Assembly: GCA_965219095.1 (NCBI GenBank)
Contig: CBDCMT010000001.1
Coordinates: forward strand, 256,001-320,000
DNA: 64,000 nucleotides
Reading direction: 5' to 3'
From: Bdellovibrionales bacterium
GTDB taxonomy: Bacteria; Bdellovibrionota; Bdellovibrionia; Bdellovibrionales; UBA1609
The notes under the pieces were generated by a model that was not told the DNA's origin, searched no databases, and saw nothing but the letters and a program-made list of their open reading frames with translations. The position numbers and the translations under genes are program-made. Positions within the stretch are counted from its first letter, which is position 1. Every line of letters begins with the position of its first letter. Of this stretch, positions 32,559 through 41,644 are shown one piece after another.

Positions 32559-32792
32559 TACCAATTACAGAAAATAATTCGACGGTAAATCAAAAAGACA
32601 GGTCACTGGTTTAAGCCATGATAGTGACCCTAAAGTACTTGCAGTAAGGAGGTGAGCTTTTCGAGACAAATTCTAAACCCTTTAGCTGTCCTGCTTTTTA
32701 AGGCCTCAAAGGGTGTGTTTTCCCTTTTTTTCGATTAAGCCTGTATTTTAGGCTTACTCGAAAAAAAGGAAAAAGCAAAAAAAGATGTAAAA
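32559..32792 (+). mobile_element. 25-bp IS630-A TIR stub fused to IS110 left end (copy 2), cut by IS5
   Basis: TACCAATTACAGAAAATAATTCGAC|GGTAAATCAAAAAGACAGG...; same junction as 39816. Confidence 0.85.
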
Positions 32793-34068
32793 TAGTCGAA
32801 CGTGAAAAATTGACAAAAGCCTAGGATTTTTATGCTGTATGATCTTTATTCCTGTTACTTTCTACTATAGAGGGTTAAATATTTTTTCATAACTTAAACA
32901 AAACAGTAGTTTTCAAGAAGGCGTACAGGCCTTTTAAGCCATTTCAGTGAAAAAACCGACTTACCTTTAAACTGTGAACATCTGATACATTTTTTTCAAA
33001 TGACTTTACCCCTAAAACCCAGCAATTTTTTGATGAAGTTGCCACACTCACCTTATTGCCAAATTCATATTTTTTATGGGCTTTGCCCTTCCCTATGCAA
33101 TAAACCTCAGGAGCATGAACACTATACACCTTGTTCTTATCCCCTCTTTTTTGGTTATAAATTCTTACACATAAAGATAAACATCTTTTTAAAGATGTAT
33201 TCTCTTCCAAGAACTTAGGACCTCCTTTTCTTGTAACATCTCTTATCACACGACCTAGATAAGTATGAAGCTTTCTTTGCTGTTTTCTTGCTAAACGTAT
33301 TTTTCTTGTATGAGCATAACGAGCATTCTTAAACAAACACTCCTTGGCCTTTCTTTTATAGCTTTGACGTAAAACTAAACCCTCTTTTTTAGCCCTGTGA
33401 ACTAAAGTCTTTAAAGCTTTGTAATAAAGACGGCTGTCTGTAGGAAAAGCTATTGCTTTCTCTTGAACAGTTGTATCAACAACTACATTCTCAAACTCTT
33501 TTTTTTTTACAAAATCCTCTCTCAAAGCTAAATCAATGGTTTCCTCTAAGAGAACTTCTATCTTCTCAGCCCCCATCCTCTTTCTCCAGTTAGTCAATGA
33601 ACTTCTATCACAGGGATCTTCATAAGAATAAAAAGGCTGACCACAAAAATACTGCCATTGAGGACTCTCTTTGAACATTTCTATTGTCTTCTCGTCACTT
33701 AAATTATAAATGTATTTCAAGCACTGAAGTCCCACCATTAAACGAGTTGAAAGACCTGGACGACCTTTTTTTTCATCATACTTCGAACCAAAATCTTTAT
33801 CAAAACGATCCCAGTCTATTTTATTAGCTAAAATGACAAGCGGATGCTTCTAATGACAAGCGGATGCTTCTTATGAACAATGTCGTTTACTCTAAAATTA
33901 AGAGGGCTTCTCTTTTGTGTGCTGAACATGTCTTTTGGCCTCATCTTTTTTCCTTTCTGTTTTGCAAGGTTTTTTATCTGTTTTTCCACTTCCTTGCAAT
34001 TATTTTTATGCAAAAATTACAAAAAAACAAGTGTTTTTAGCTGTTTGTGCATTTTTCACGTTCGACTA
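32793..34068 (-). mobile_element. IS5-family element, inactivated
   Basis: TIRs TAGTCGAACGTGAAAAAT at both ends; tnp (ATG ~33944; VDTTVQEKAIAFPTD, KGKAHKKYEFG.KV) frameshifted by a 20-bp tandem duplication (33832-33871) and deleted at an IS66-type end (32947-32964). Confidence 0.9.
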
Positions 34069-34186
34069 ATTTAGTTCTTTTCATAAATGAACCTTTCTTT
34101 TTTATTCTTTTAATTTCTAACTAAGTGATAGTTTTTTATTTTTTTTGACCCTTTAGCTTAAGAGTTTTTAAAAGTTTTTCTGTCTA

Positions 34187-34255
34187 TAGTGCTTCCGTTT
34201 AAGTTTTAAGGTTTTTCTCTAGAGAATCGACCGGAGAATCTAAGCGTATTCACTA
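34187..34255. mobile_element. ~70-bp MITE, copy 2
   Basis: TAGTGCTTCCGTTTAAG...CTAAGCGTATTCACTA flanked by TA; inverted homolog of 28755-28825. Confidence 0.8.
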
Positions 34256-34409
34256 TATAAAATAGCCCAGGGATTGATTTTACAATGAGATCTTTTTTCA
34301 TTGAGGAATAGCAGGAAGATAGTATAGATTCATTAGGTTGTTTTATATATCTTTGTCAATAGTTTATTTTTTCATTGAGATTTATTCATTCTTATGACAT
34401 TTTTAAGGT

Positions 34410-36503
34410 ATGTCGTTCAAAGATCCTAAAACTTTAGAGGATTTGAAAAAAACTCGTAATATAGGGATTGCAGCTCATATTGATGCAGGAAAAACCACAA
34501 CAACAGAACGGATTCTTTACTATACGGGAAAAAGTTATAAAATTGGTGAAGTTCATGAAGGTGATGCTACAATGGATTGGATGATACAGGAGCAAGAAAG
34601 GGGTATTACTATTACAGCTGCTGTTACTACTTGTTTTTGGAAAGGCTATAGAATCAATGTAATCGATACTCCCGGGCATGTGGATTTTACAATAGAAGTA
34701 GAGCGCTCTTTGAGAGTTTTAGATGGTATGGTTGCTGTTTTTGATTGTGTTCATGGTGTAGAGCCTCAGTCAGAGACAGTTTGGAAACAAGCGGATCGTT
34801 ATAAAGTTCCTAGAATTTGTTTTATTAATAAAATGGACCGCATAGGAGCTGATTATTTTAAAAGCATTCAATCTTTAAAAGAAGGGCTTTCAGATAGGGT
34901 TTTGCCCCTTCATTATCCTTTAGGAGAGGGAAATGAATTTTACGGAATAGTCGATATCATTACTTTAAAAGCTTATACTTGGAAAAGTAATGACAAGGAT
35001 GAAAAGCCTGAAGAACAGAGTATTCCTTCTGAATTAGTAGAAGAGATTCAAAAGCTAAGAAAGAATATATTAGAAGCCATAGCCGAAATTGATGATGATT
35101 TTATGCAGAAATATTTGAATGAATATAAATTTTCTGAAAAAGAGATTCAAGAGAGTTTGAGAAAAGCAACTTTGGCTTTGAAGATTTTTCCTGTTTTGTG
35201 TGGTACGGCCTTTAAGAACAAAGGTGTAAGAAAACTTTTGGATTCTATTGTGCATTACCTTCCTCACCCTTTAGATCGTCCTTCTCTTTTAGGCTTTGAT
35301 CCTAAAAATGAAGATAAAAATATAAGTTGCCCTACAGACTTTGAGCATACTCCTGTTATTTTAGCTTTTAAAATTAGTGGCGATCATTTTTCTGGTACAC
35401 TCACCTATGTTCGTGTCTATTCAGGTATTTTAAAAGAAGGGCAGATTCTTTTAAACCCTAGAATTTCAAAGAAAGAAAGAGTACAAAAAATCTTCCGTAT
35501 GCATGCTAACACACGAGAGATGGCAAAGGAGCTAAAAGCAGGGGATTTAGGAGTCATTGTAGGTTTGAGAGAAACAGCAACGGGCGATACCCTTTGTGAT
35601 CCAAAAAACCCTGTGGTTTTAGAATCTATATACTTCCCCGAGCCTGTGATTTCCTTAGCTGTTGAAGGAAAAACTTCAGAAGATCAAAAGAAACTACGTC
35701 AAGCTTTTGAGATTCTTCAAAAAGAAGATCCTTCCTGTAAGGTGAAAGAAGACCCTGAAACAGGACAAACCTTGATTCAAGGAATGGGAGAGCTTCATAT
35801 AGAAATTTTAATTGATCGCTTAAAAAAGGAAAAAAGCCTCCATTTAAATGTAGGCCAGCCACAGGTTTCTTTTCGAGAAACCCCTATGGTGGATGCAGAA
35901 GGGGAAGCTTCATTTACACATGAAGTAAGTGGGCAAAATCAATTTGGACATTGTTGCATTTTGATTTCACCCCTAAAAAGAGGAGGAGGGTTTTTGTTAG
36001 AAAATCATTTAGACAAAAGTCTTGATGAAGAGATTGTGAGAGCTATAAAAGAGGGTGTTCGTGAGGCTCGAGAAATAGGGCCTATAGCAGGTTATCCTTT
36101 AATGGATCTAAAAGTTGTTTTAAAACAAGCACAAATTCATGAAAAAGATTCTTTTGCTACTTCCTATCGTATAGCCACAATTAGAGCTTTCCATGAGGCG
36201 GTAAAAAAATCTCAAGCCTGTCTTTTAGAGCCTTTGTTTGCTTTAGAGGTCATAACACCAGAGAACTATTTAGGAGGGATCATTTCTGATCTTAATTCAA
36301 GGCAAGGGCAGATAGAAAAAACAGTATCAGAAGAAAATTATCGAAAAATTTATGCACAAGCTCCTTTGCGAAATTTGTTTGGTTATGTAACATCCATACG
36401 TTCTTTAAGCCAAGGTAGAGCTTCTTTTACTATGAAATTTAAAGAATATATAGAAGTGAACCCTAAAGTTTCCGAAGGACTTTTGAAAAGCTTAGGGCAT
36501 TGA
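34410..36503 (+). CDS. fusA: Elongation factor G (stand-alone, probably a paralog)
   Basis: [34 protein letters not shown]; not flanked by rpsL/rpsG/tuf. Confidence 0.92.
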   Translation: MSFKDPKTLEDLKKTRNIGIAAHIDAGKTTTTERILYYTGKSYKIGEVHEGDATMDWMIQEQERGITITAAVTTCFWKGYRINVIDTPGHVDFTIEVERSLRVLDGMVAVFDCVHGVEPQSETVWKQADRYKVPRICFINKMDRIGADYFKSIQSLKEGLSDRVLPLHYPLGEGNEFYGIVDIITLKAYTWKSNDKDEKPEEQSIPSELVEEIQKLRKNILEAIAEIDDDFMQKYLNEYKFSEKEIQESLRKATLALKIFPVLCGTAFKNKGVRKLLDSIVHYLPHPLDRPSLLGFDPKNEDKNISCPTDFEHTPVILAFKISGDHFSGTLTYVRVYSGILKEGQILLNPRISKKERVQKIFRMHANTREMAKELKAGDLGVIVGLRETATGDTLCDPKNPVVLESIYFPEPVISLAVEGKTSEDQKKLRQAFEILQKEDPSCKVKEDPETGQTLIQGMGELHIEILIDRLKKEKSLHLNVGQPQVSFRETPMVDAEGEASFTHEVSGQNQFGHCCILISPLKRGGGFLLENHLDKSLDEEIVRAIKEGVREAREIGPIAGYPLMDLKVVLKQAQIHEKDSFATSYRIATIRAFHEAVKKSQACLLEPLFALEVITPENYLGGIISDLNSRQGQIEKTVSEENYRKIYAQAPLRNLFGYVTSIRSLSQGRASFTMKFKEYIEVNPKVSEGLLKSLGH

Positions 36504-36518
36504 AATTTCAATTTTAAA

Positions 36519-37421
36519 TTAATGCAAGGTAAGAGGGGTTGGGGATTCTTGCATTTTTTTTAACTCATGAAAGATTTCTATAATGTCTTTAGAAACATTT
36601 TCTTCTTCTACAAAGTTAAAATAACGATCCATAGCTAGAAAGGCTTCTTTATGAAGTCCTAATTGTCTCTTGAGTAAAGCAATATTTAAAAATAAATCAG
36701 TACGCATGTCATTTAAAGCAAGAAGACACTCGCTAATAGTGATTTCTTTTTCTGGAGCTTTCTCGGCCTTATAACTTGCAAGACGTTGTTCTAAATACTC
36801 TTCAAATATATCTGTAATTTTACATGTGTCTAATTGCAGTTTATGTTCAAGAAGCCGTCTACTTTTATGAATAATACTGAGGCTTTCTTTTTCTGATAAC
36901 TCTGAGCATTGCTCAGAAAAGTTATAAAACACTGTCTTCTTATTTTTTTCTATTTTTTTTAAAATAAGACGAGGCGAAAGATTTACAAAGTACAAAGGAA
37001 TTTCTAAGTGTTGTATAAAACAGTTATAGAGAAGGGCTAGAGCAATGTTTGCCCCTTCTTTTGATTCGATAATATAAGGAACAGACCAATGGTGTTGTTC
37101 TATTTTTTGGGGGATGGTTTTTTTGAATTTTTTGATTTTAAAGAAGTATTCATTTAATAAAGAAGTTTTTTCAAAAATATTTTTACTTCTTGTTCTATCT
37201 TCTATTTCTAACAACATGCGGTTGATAGAACTTTTTGTTGTTTTTAGGTTCTCGGTTGTTTCTAAAAAACTTTGCAAATCAATAGAAATCTGCGGTCCTA
37301 GGGAGAGATCTCCATCTTTAAAGCTACGAATTTCAAACAATAGCTTTTTCCAATGGTTTGACTTTACCTCAAGCATACCTTTATTAGAACGAAAGAGAAG
37401 AGAAATGTAAATAAAAAACAA
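36519..37421 (-). CDS. SirB1/transglutaminase-like family protein with TPR-like tail
   Basis: LNEYFF...F, IESKEG..IALALLY, EIPL..VNL pattern; true start may be ATG 37376. Confidence 0.6.
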   Translation of the reverse strand: MFFIYISLLFRSNKGMLEVKSNHWKKLLFEIRSFKDGDLSLGPQISIDLQSFLETTENLKTTKSSINRMLLEIEDRTRSKNIFEKTSLLNEYFFKIKKFKKTIPQKIEQHHWSVPYIIESKEGANIALALLYNCFIQHLEIPLYFVNLSPRLILKKIEKNKKTVFYNFSEQCSELSEKESLSIIHKSRRLLEHKLQLDTCKITDIFEEYLEQRLASYKAEKAPEKEITISECLLALNDMRTDLFLNIALLKRQLGLHKEAFLAMDRYFNFVEEENVSKDIIEIFHELKKMQESPTPLTLH

Positions 37422-37483
37422 AAAAACTTGTCACATGAAGTCAAGGCCTTTTTCCACAAGATAGAACAAGGCATAATTAAAGT

Positions 37484-38374
37484 ATGTCTATAGGTGATGA
37501 TTTAAAAGAACAAATTGAGTTTTTAAAAAGGCAGATTGACTTAAAAAATAAAGATTTATCACAATTTAGATACAATTTGCGTCAAGCGAATCAAAAGATG
37601 CTTCAACTTTACAAACGTCTTGAAGATGACATTCATTCACTTAAAGTCGTTCAAAACCTGCTTATGCCTTCTGAATTGCCTCACATTCCTGGATTTAGGT
37701 TTAGTACTAAGATTGTGCAAGGACAAAAGTCTGGGGGAGATTATTTTGATATCTTCACTCAAGATAAGAGGTTTCGCTTTGGTTTTCTTGTGTCTTCTTG
37801 TTCAAGCTATGGATTATCATCTTTGTTTTTATCTGTACTTTTACAATGGGGTCAACAGTTTAAAGACAGTAAGATCAGCATAAAAGAAGTGTTTAAAGTG
37901 TTATCTGAAAATCTATCTTCTTCTTTAAAAACATCAGATGTTTTGCATTTATTTTATTCTCATGTGAATCGTAAAACACTTCAGGTTGATTATGGTTTGG
38001 TGGGTGATATTGTAGTTTTTTATATAAATGAAGATAACATTCAGATTTTAGAGAGTGAGGGTCTTTTTCAAAGAGGTGAAACCTTAAATATTACAACAAA
38101 AAGTCTTCCTATGAAATCTCAAGAAACACTTCTTGTGTGTTCACCAGGTCTTTTTTCCATCCCACACCACCAAACAAGAGAACTTTATTCAAAAGAACGA
38201 GTTATTTCTATAGTGAAGGACTGGGATAAAAAAGAAGTCCATGATTTGAGAAATGATTTATTCTATGATCTTCAAAAGTTTTCTCAAAAAGAAAAGTTTG
38301 ATAGAGATGTTTTAGTCTTCATTCTTAACGTGAAGAGCGAGACTTTATATATTGCGAAATCTGTAAAGGACTAA
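37484..38374 (+). CDS. Coiled-coil plus SpoIIE/PP2C-like domain protein (degenerate active site)
   Basis: VQNLLMP, SGGDYFDIF; the usual DVSGHG and TDG motifs are replaced. Confidence 0.7.
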   Translation: MSIGDDLKEQIEFLKRQIDLKNKDLSQFRYNLRQANQKMLQLYKRLEDDIHSLKVVQNLLMPSELPHIPGFRFSTKIVQGQKSGGDYFDIFTQDKRFRFGFLVSSCSSYGLSSLFLSVLLQWGQQFKDSKISIKEVFKVLSENLSSSLKTSDVLHLFYSHVNRKTLQVDYGLVGDIVVFYINEDNIQILESEGLFQRGETLNITTKSLPMKSQETLLVCSPGLFSIPHHQTRELYSKERVISIVKDWDKKEVHDLRNDLFYDLQKFSQKEKFDRDVLVFILNVKSETLYIAKSVKD

Positions 38375-38421
38375 ATCCGTAAATTCTTTAATTAAGAAAT
38401 AAGAGGCTCTTAGTCTTCCTT

Positions 38422-38871
38422 TTATTTTTTCTTTTTAGAGATTTTATAATCTTTGAATTTTTCCTCAACCGTGTTTCTTGAAGGAAGCTCCATAAGGTTG
38501 TGTTGAATGATAATATGAAACTGATGAGGTTCATCATGGACAAGCATTAAAATTTCTAAGGCGTGGTGAGCGTTTTTTTGAGAGGAGAGTTGAAAAGGGG
38601 GAGGGACTTGGAAACTCCATTCGTAAGCAGGGGGACTTCCCGATTTGATCTCTATGGTTTTAAGCTGAGGAAGCTTCCATTTGATTTGAGCCCACTCTTG
38701 TTGAAGTTTTTTTTTCTCATAACTGAAGTTTTGGATTTTTGAGTTCATTTCACTGGTTGTGTTTTTTAGAGGATCTTTTCCTGATTTTATTATAAAAAAC
38801 CCTACAAGGATTAAAAGAGCCATTAAAGTTCCTATAAAGAGAGGTTTTTTTGTAATAAGAGATTTTTTCAT
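38422..38871 (-). CDS. Hypothetical single-TM protein
   Basis: 149-aa ORF with N-terminal hydrophobic helix; AAGGA upstream. Confidence 0.6.
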   Translation of the reverse strand: MKKSLITKKPLFIGTLMALLILVGFFIIKSGKDPLKNTTSEMNSKIQNFSYEKKKLQQEWAQIKWKLPQLKTIEIKSGSPPAYEWSFQVPPPFQLSSQKNAHHALEILMLVHDEPHQFHIIIQHNLMELPSRNTVEEKFKDYKISKKKK

Positions 38872-38985
38872 ATCCTTTTATCGGGTTGAAAGTGACAAAA
38901 ATTTAGACATTTGTATAACAATTTTGGTTTTTAAGCTCAATTAAGGAAAAAAATACCTCAGAACAGAATTTAAATGCATTTGAGC

Positions 38986-39000
38986 TGGCATGATTTGTGA
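38986..39000 (+). promoter_or_regulatory. Possible sigma-54 (-24/-12) promoter
   Basis: TGGCATGATTTGTGA (GG-N10-GA), 27 bp before the lipoprotein ATG. Confidence 0.3.
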
Positions 39001-39027
39001 ATTCTTTATTTATAGGAAGGAGGTTTT

Positions 39028-39834
39028 ATGAAAACCTTATATTATTATTTACTAACTTTTTTCACAGCCTTAGGAGCTGTGTTTGCTGTTGTAAGCTGTT
39101 CTTCAACAGGAGGAAATTCAGCCCTTAGATGCTCCCATTTAACAGGCTTAGCTTATGAAGAATGTTTACTTTCTTTAGACTTCAATTACGAGTGGTATGG
39201 CACGTTAGCCATTAAAAACACAAAAGCTTTTCGAACTTCTTTAGAAGGACAGGGGATATGCAATCGTCTTGATGAGAGTTGGCTGGTGGGACTTGTGCAA
39301 TTTAATAAATGTAAGCACTTAGATCAGCAGATAAGAGTTCTTATCAAAAAAGAGAGCTTAGGATCTCACGACCGTTCAGAAGTGAGCATTGCCATTATAA
39401 CTGAAGACAAAAACTTTTTTAATAAGGGCAATTATGTAAACTTACTTAATGGATCTAAGTGTGGATCAGATGAGTATTGTTATGACCAAGTTAACAGGGC
39501 TTTTCTCACAAAAACAAACAACGAAAAAGATGAGGCCATACAATCGGGAGATTTTAGAGTAGTGATAAGGGGTGGACTAGCTGATCGTGGAGGATATGTG
39601 CATGTCTTTACCTCAGAAGGTATTGAAGTGGCTTCAGGGCGACTTAAATATGAGAACTTACGGGAAGATGATGATTATTGCAGGGAGCATTATGATCCTA
39701 GTCGATGTCATAATAATTGGCTACGGAATGATGGCTATTATCAGGATGACGGTTATTATCAGGATGACGGTTATTATCAGGATGACGGTTATTATCGAGA
39801 TAATGGCCATTATAATACCAATTACAGAAATTAA
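39028..39834 (+). CDS. Hypothetical Cys-rich lipoprotein with C-terminal DDGYYQ repeats; 3' end replaced by IS630-A TIR
   Basis: AAGGAGG RBS, lipobox-like AVVSC; last codons (NTNYRN*) come from the TIR at 39816. Confidence 0.75.
   Translation: MKTLYYYLLTFFTALGAVFAVVSCSSTGGNSALRCSHLTGLAYEECLLSLDFNYEWYGTLAIKNTKAFRTSLEGQGICNRLDESWLVGLVQFNKCKHLDQQIRVLIKKESLGSHDRSEVSIAIITEDKNFFNKGNYVNLLNGSKCGSDEYCYDQVNRAFLTKTNNEKDEAIQSGDFRVVIRGGLADRGGYVHVFTSEGIEVASGRLKYENLREDDDYCREHYDPSRCHNNWLRNDGYYQDDGYYQDDGYYQDDGYYRDNGHYNTNYRN
39727..39812 (+). repeat. 18-bp coding tandem repeat
   Basis: GATGACGGTTATTATCAG: two perfect units, one near-perfect unit and two degenerate flanking units. Confidence 0.9.
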
Positions 39835-40215
39835 TTCGACGGTAAATCAAAAAGACAGGTCACTGGTTTAAGCCATGATAGTGACCCTAAAGTACTTGCA
39901 GAAAGAGGTGATTTTCGAGACAAATTCTAAACCCTTTAGCTGGCCTGTTTTTTAAGGCCTCAAAGGGTGTTTTCCCTTTTTTTCGATTAAGCCTGTATTT
40001 TTGTGAAGGCTTACTCGAAAAAAAGGAAAAAGCAAAAAAAAGATGTAAAATAGGATTTCAAGACTTTATTTATAAATAAACCAACAAAGGAGGAAAATAA
40101 AATGTATGATCACTATATAGCCGTAGATTGGGCACAAAGTAAATGGCCATTTCAAGGATGACAGGCAAATCAAAAGATATTAAGACTATGGACACGATTT
40201 CAGATCTTGGGAATC
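39816..40215 (+). mobile_element. 25-bp IS630-A TIR stub plus IS110 left end (copy 3) and start of the recombinase
   Basis: Junction ..AATTCGAC|GGTAAATC at 39840/41; ATG 40102 MYDHYIAVDWAQS, frameshifted, then truncated. Confidence 0.88.
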
Positions 40216-40259
40216 TGAACTTCCCCCAAAAAACTGTCCACTTTTTTGGGGGAAGTTCA
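40216..40259. repeat. 44-bp hairpin made of two fused IS3-type TIRs
   Basis: TGAACTTCCCCCAAAAAA-CTGTCCAC-TTTTTTGGGGGAAGTTCA; matches the IS3 end TGATCTTCCCCCAAAAAAGTGGACAG at 28351. Confidence 0.85.
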
Positions 40260-40531
40260 CTCTACGAATCCATAGAAAGTGTCTTCTCTATCGTTCGTCA
40301 AGCAGAAAGGGTGAAGAATTGGAAGAAAAATCCTCGACAAATCTCTTATGGATCGCAGCTTCCTTGTTACATGTCGAGAAAAAGTTTCGCACTATCAGGG
40401 GACATAAACAAATCCCTCTATTTATAGAATTATAGAAGAAATAAACAAAATAAACCTTGAAAAACAAATGGAGATAGCTTAATTATGAAAAAGCCCCTTC
40501 TTCAAACCCTAACGACTTTACGGACATCCTC
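40260..40531 (+). mobile_element. IS256-family 3' relic
   Basis: Frameshifted STNP-IESVFSIVRQ..RVKNWK...WIAASLLHVEKKFRTIRG C-terminal motif; ends ..GGACATCCTC. Confidence 0.65.
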
Positions 40532-40673
40532 TCTTTCCCATGGGAAAAATAGCTGTAAGCTCTAAGGCCTCTATTTATCTCTCTATTTATGTTACTATTA
40601 TAACTGAAGACAAAAATTTTTTCAGCACAATCTAGAAGATGATTTACGGACAAGATGTTTTTTTTCTATATTA

Positions 40674-41371
40674 ACCCGAGTTTCGACTTTTATATATTGT
40701 TCAGAAGCTCCTGTTTTGAGTTTTAAGTTGAATGGAGGGTTTTTTAGGTTTTAAGCAATAGGAGATGAGAGTACCTAAAAGATTGATGACAAAGTTTTGT
40801 GGGCTACGATGGCGAGAATGCTCAAGATGAAACTCTCCTTTTAACACTCCAATCACTGACCTCCACAACAGAACGTTTTTTCAACATCAACTTGTCAAAT
40901 AAGGGAATCAATTTGTTCTCCATATTTAATTTGATGTTTGTAATAAGCTTAACTCCCTTCTTTAAAAGTTTTTTGAAAAGGTCTGATGAAATATAACCTT
41001 TGTCCCCAAAGAGTTTTCCCATCAGCCCTTTACTATAAAACCATAACTTAGCTTTCGATCATCTACATTTCCCGGAGTTAAGGTAAAACTTAAAAGTTCT
41101 CCTAGGTGATTGATAACAATATGGAGTTTAAATCCGAAGAACCAGCCTGTGACTTCTTTTACCTTTTTTTAGCTAACTTTTGAAACACCTTATTTCGTCT
41201 TATTCTTTTATTTTTGAAGAAAAATCGATGTGGAATCAACAAATGATATGCCTGTGGTTTTACTCATAAGGCTTGTCGAGAAAAGAAACATCAAAAAAGA
41301 CATGGCTTTTTTTATGTTCACAAATCAGGAGTAAGATAGTCTTTAGCCCTGAAAAAAGTCGAAACTCGAGT
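40674..41371 (-). mobile_element. IS982-family element, internally deleted
   Basis: Ends ACCCGAGTTTCGACTTTT / AAAAGTCGAAACTCGAGT; GWFFGFKLH and GKLFGDKGYIS motifs. Confidence 0.85.
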
Positions 41372-41644
41372 TAACTACAGGAGAAATCAATCGACCTATA
41401 AGCCCCATGTAATGTTCGCCAACAAGCTGAAAAGATAGCATCTGAATGACAATAAAGTTGATGATTGAAGCTCTAATACCTAAACCATATTGAACAGGAC
41501 CACTCATATCTTTAAGAAATTGTCCTTTGTTCTTAGTGCCACACTGTGGACAATCTTTAACCTCTGAGGTCACAGTATGAGTATGTACCTCATAGGGAAA
41601 TATCAATTTTTTGACGTTCTGAGGTGGTTCAACGATTGAATTTG
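41372..41644 (-). pseudogene. IS66-family transposase internal fragment
   Basis: CPQCG Zn finger followed by P..GPVQYG..IRA. Confidence 0.7.

Noticed and set aside
39727..39812. CRISPR-like or guide-RNA array
   Set aside because: Contiguous 18-bp in-frame coding repeats with no spacers; no cas genes in the window
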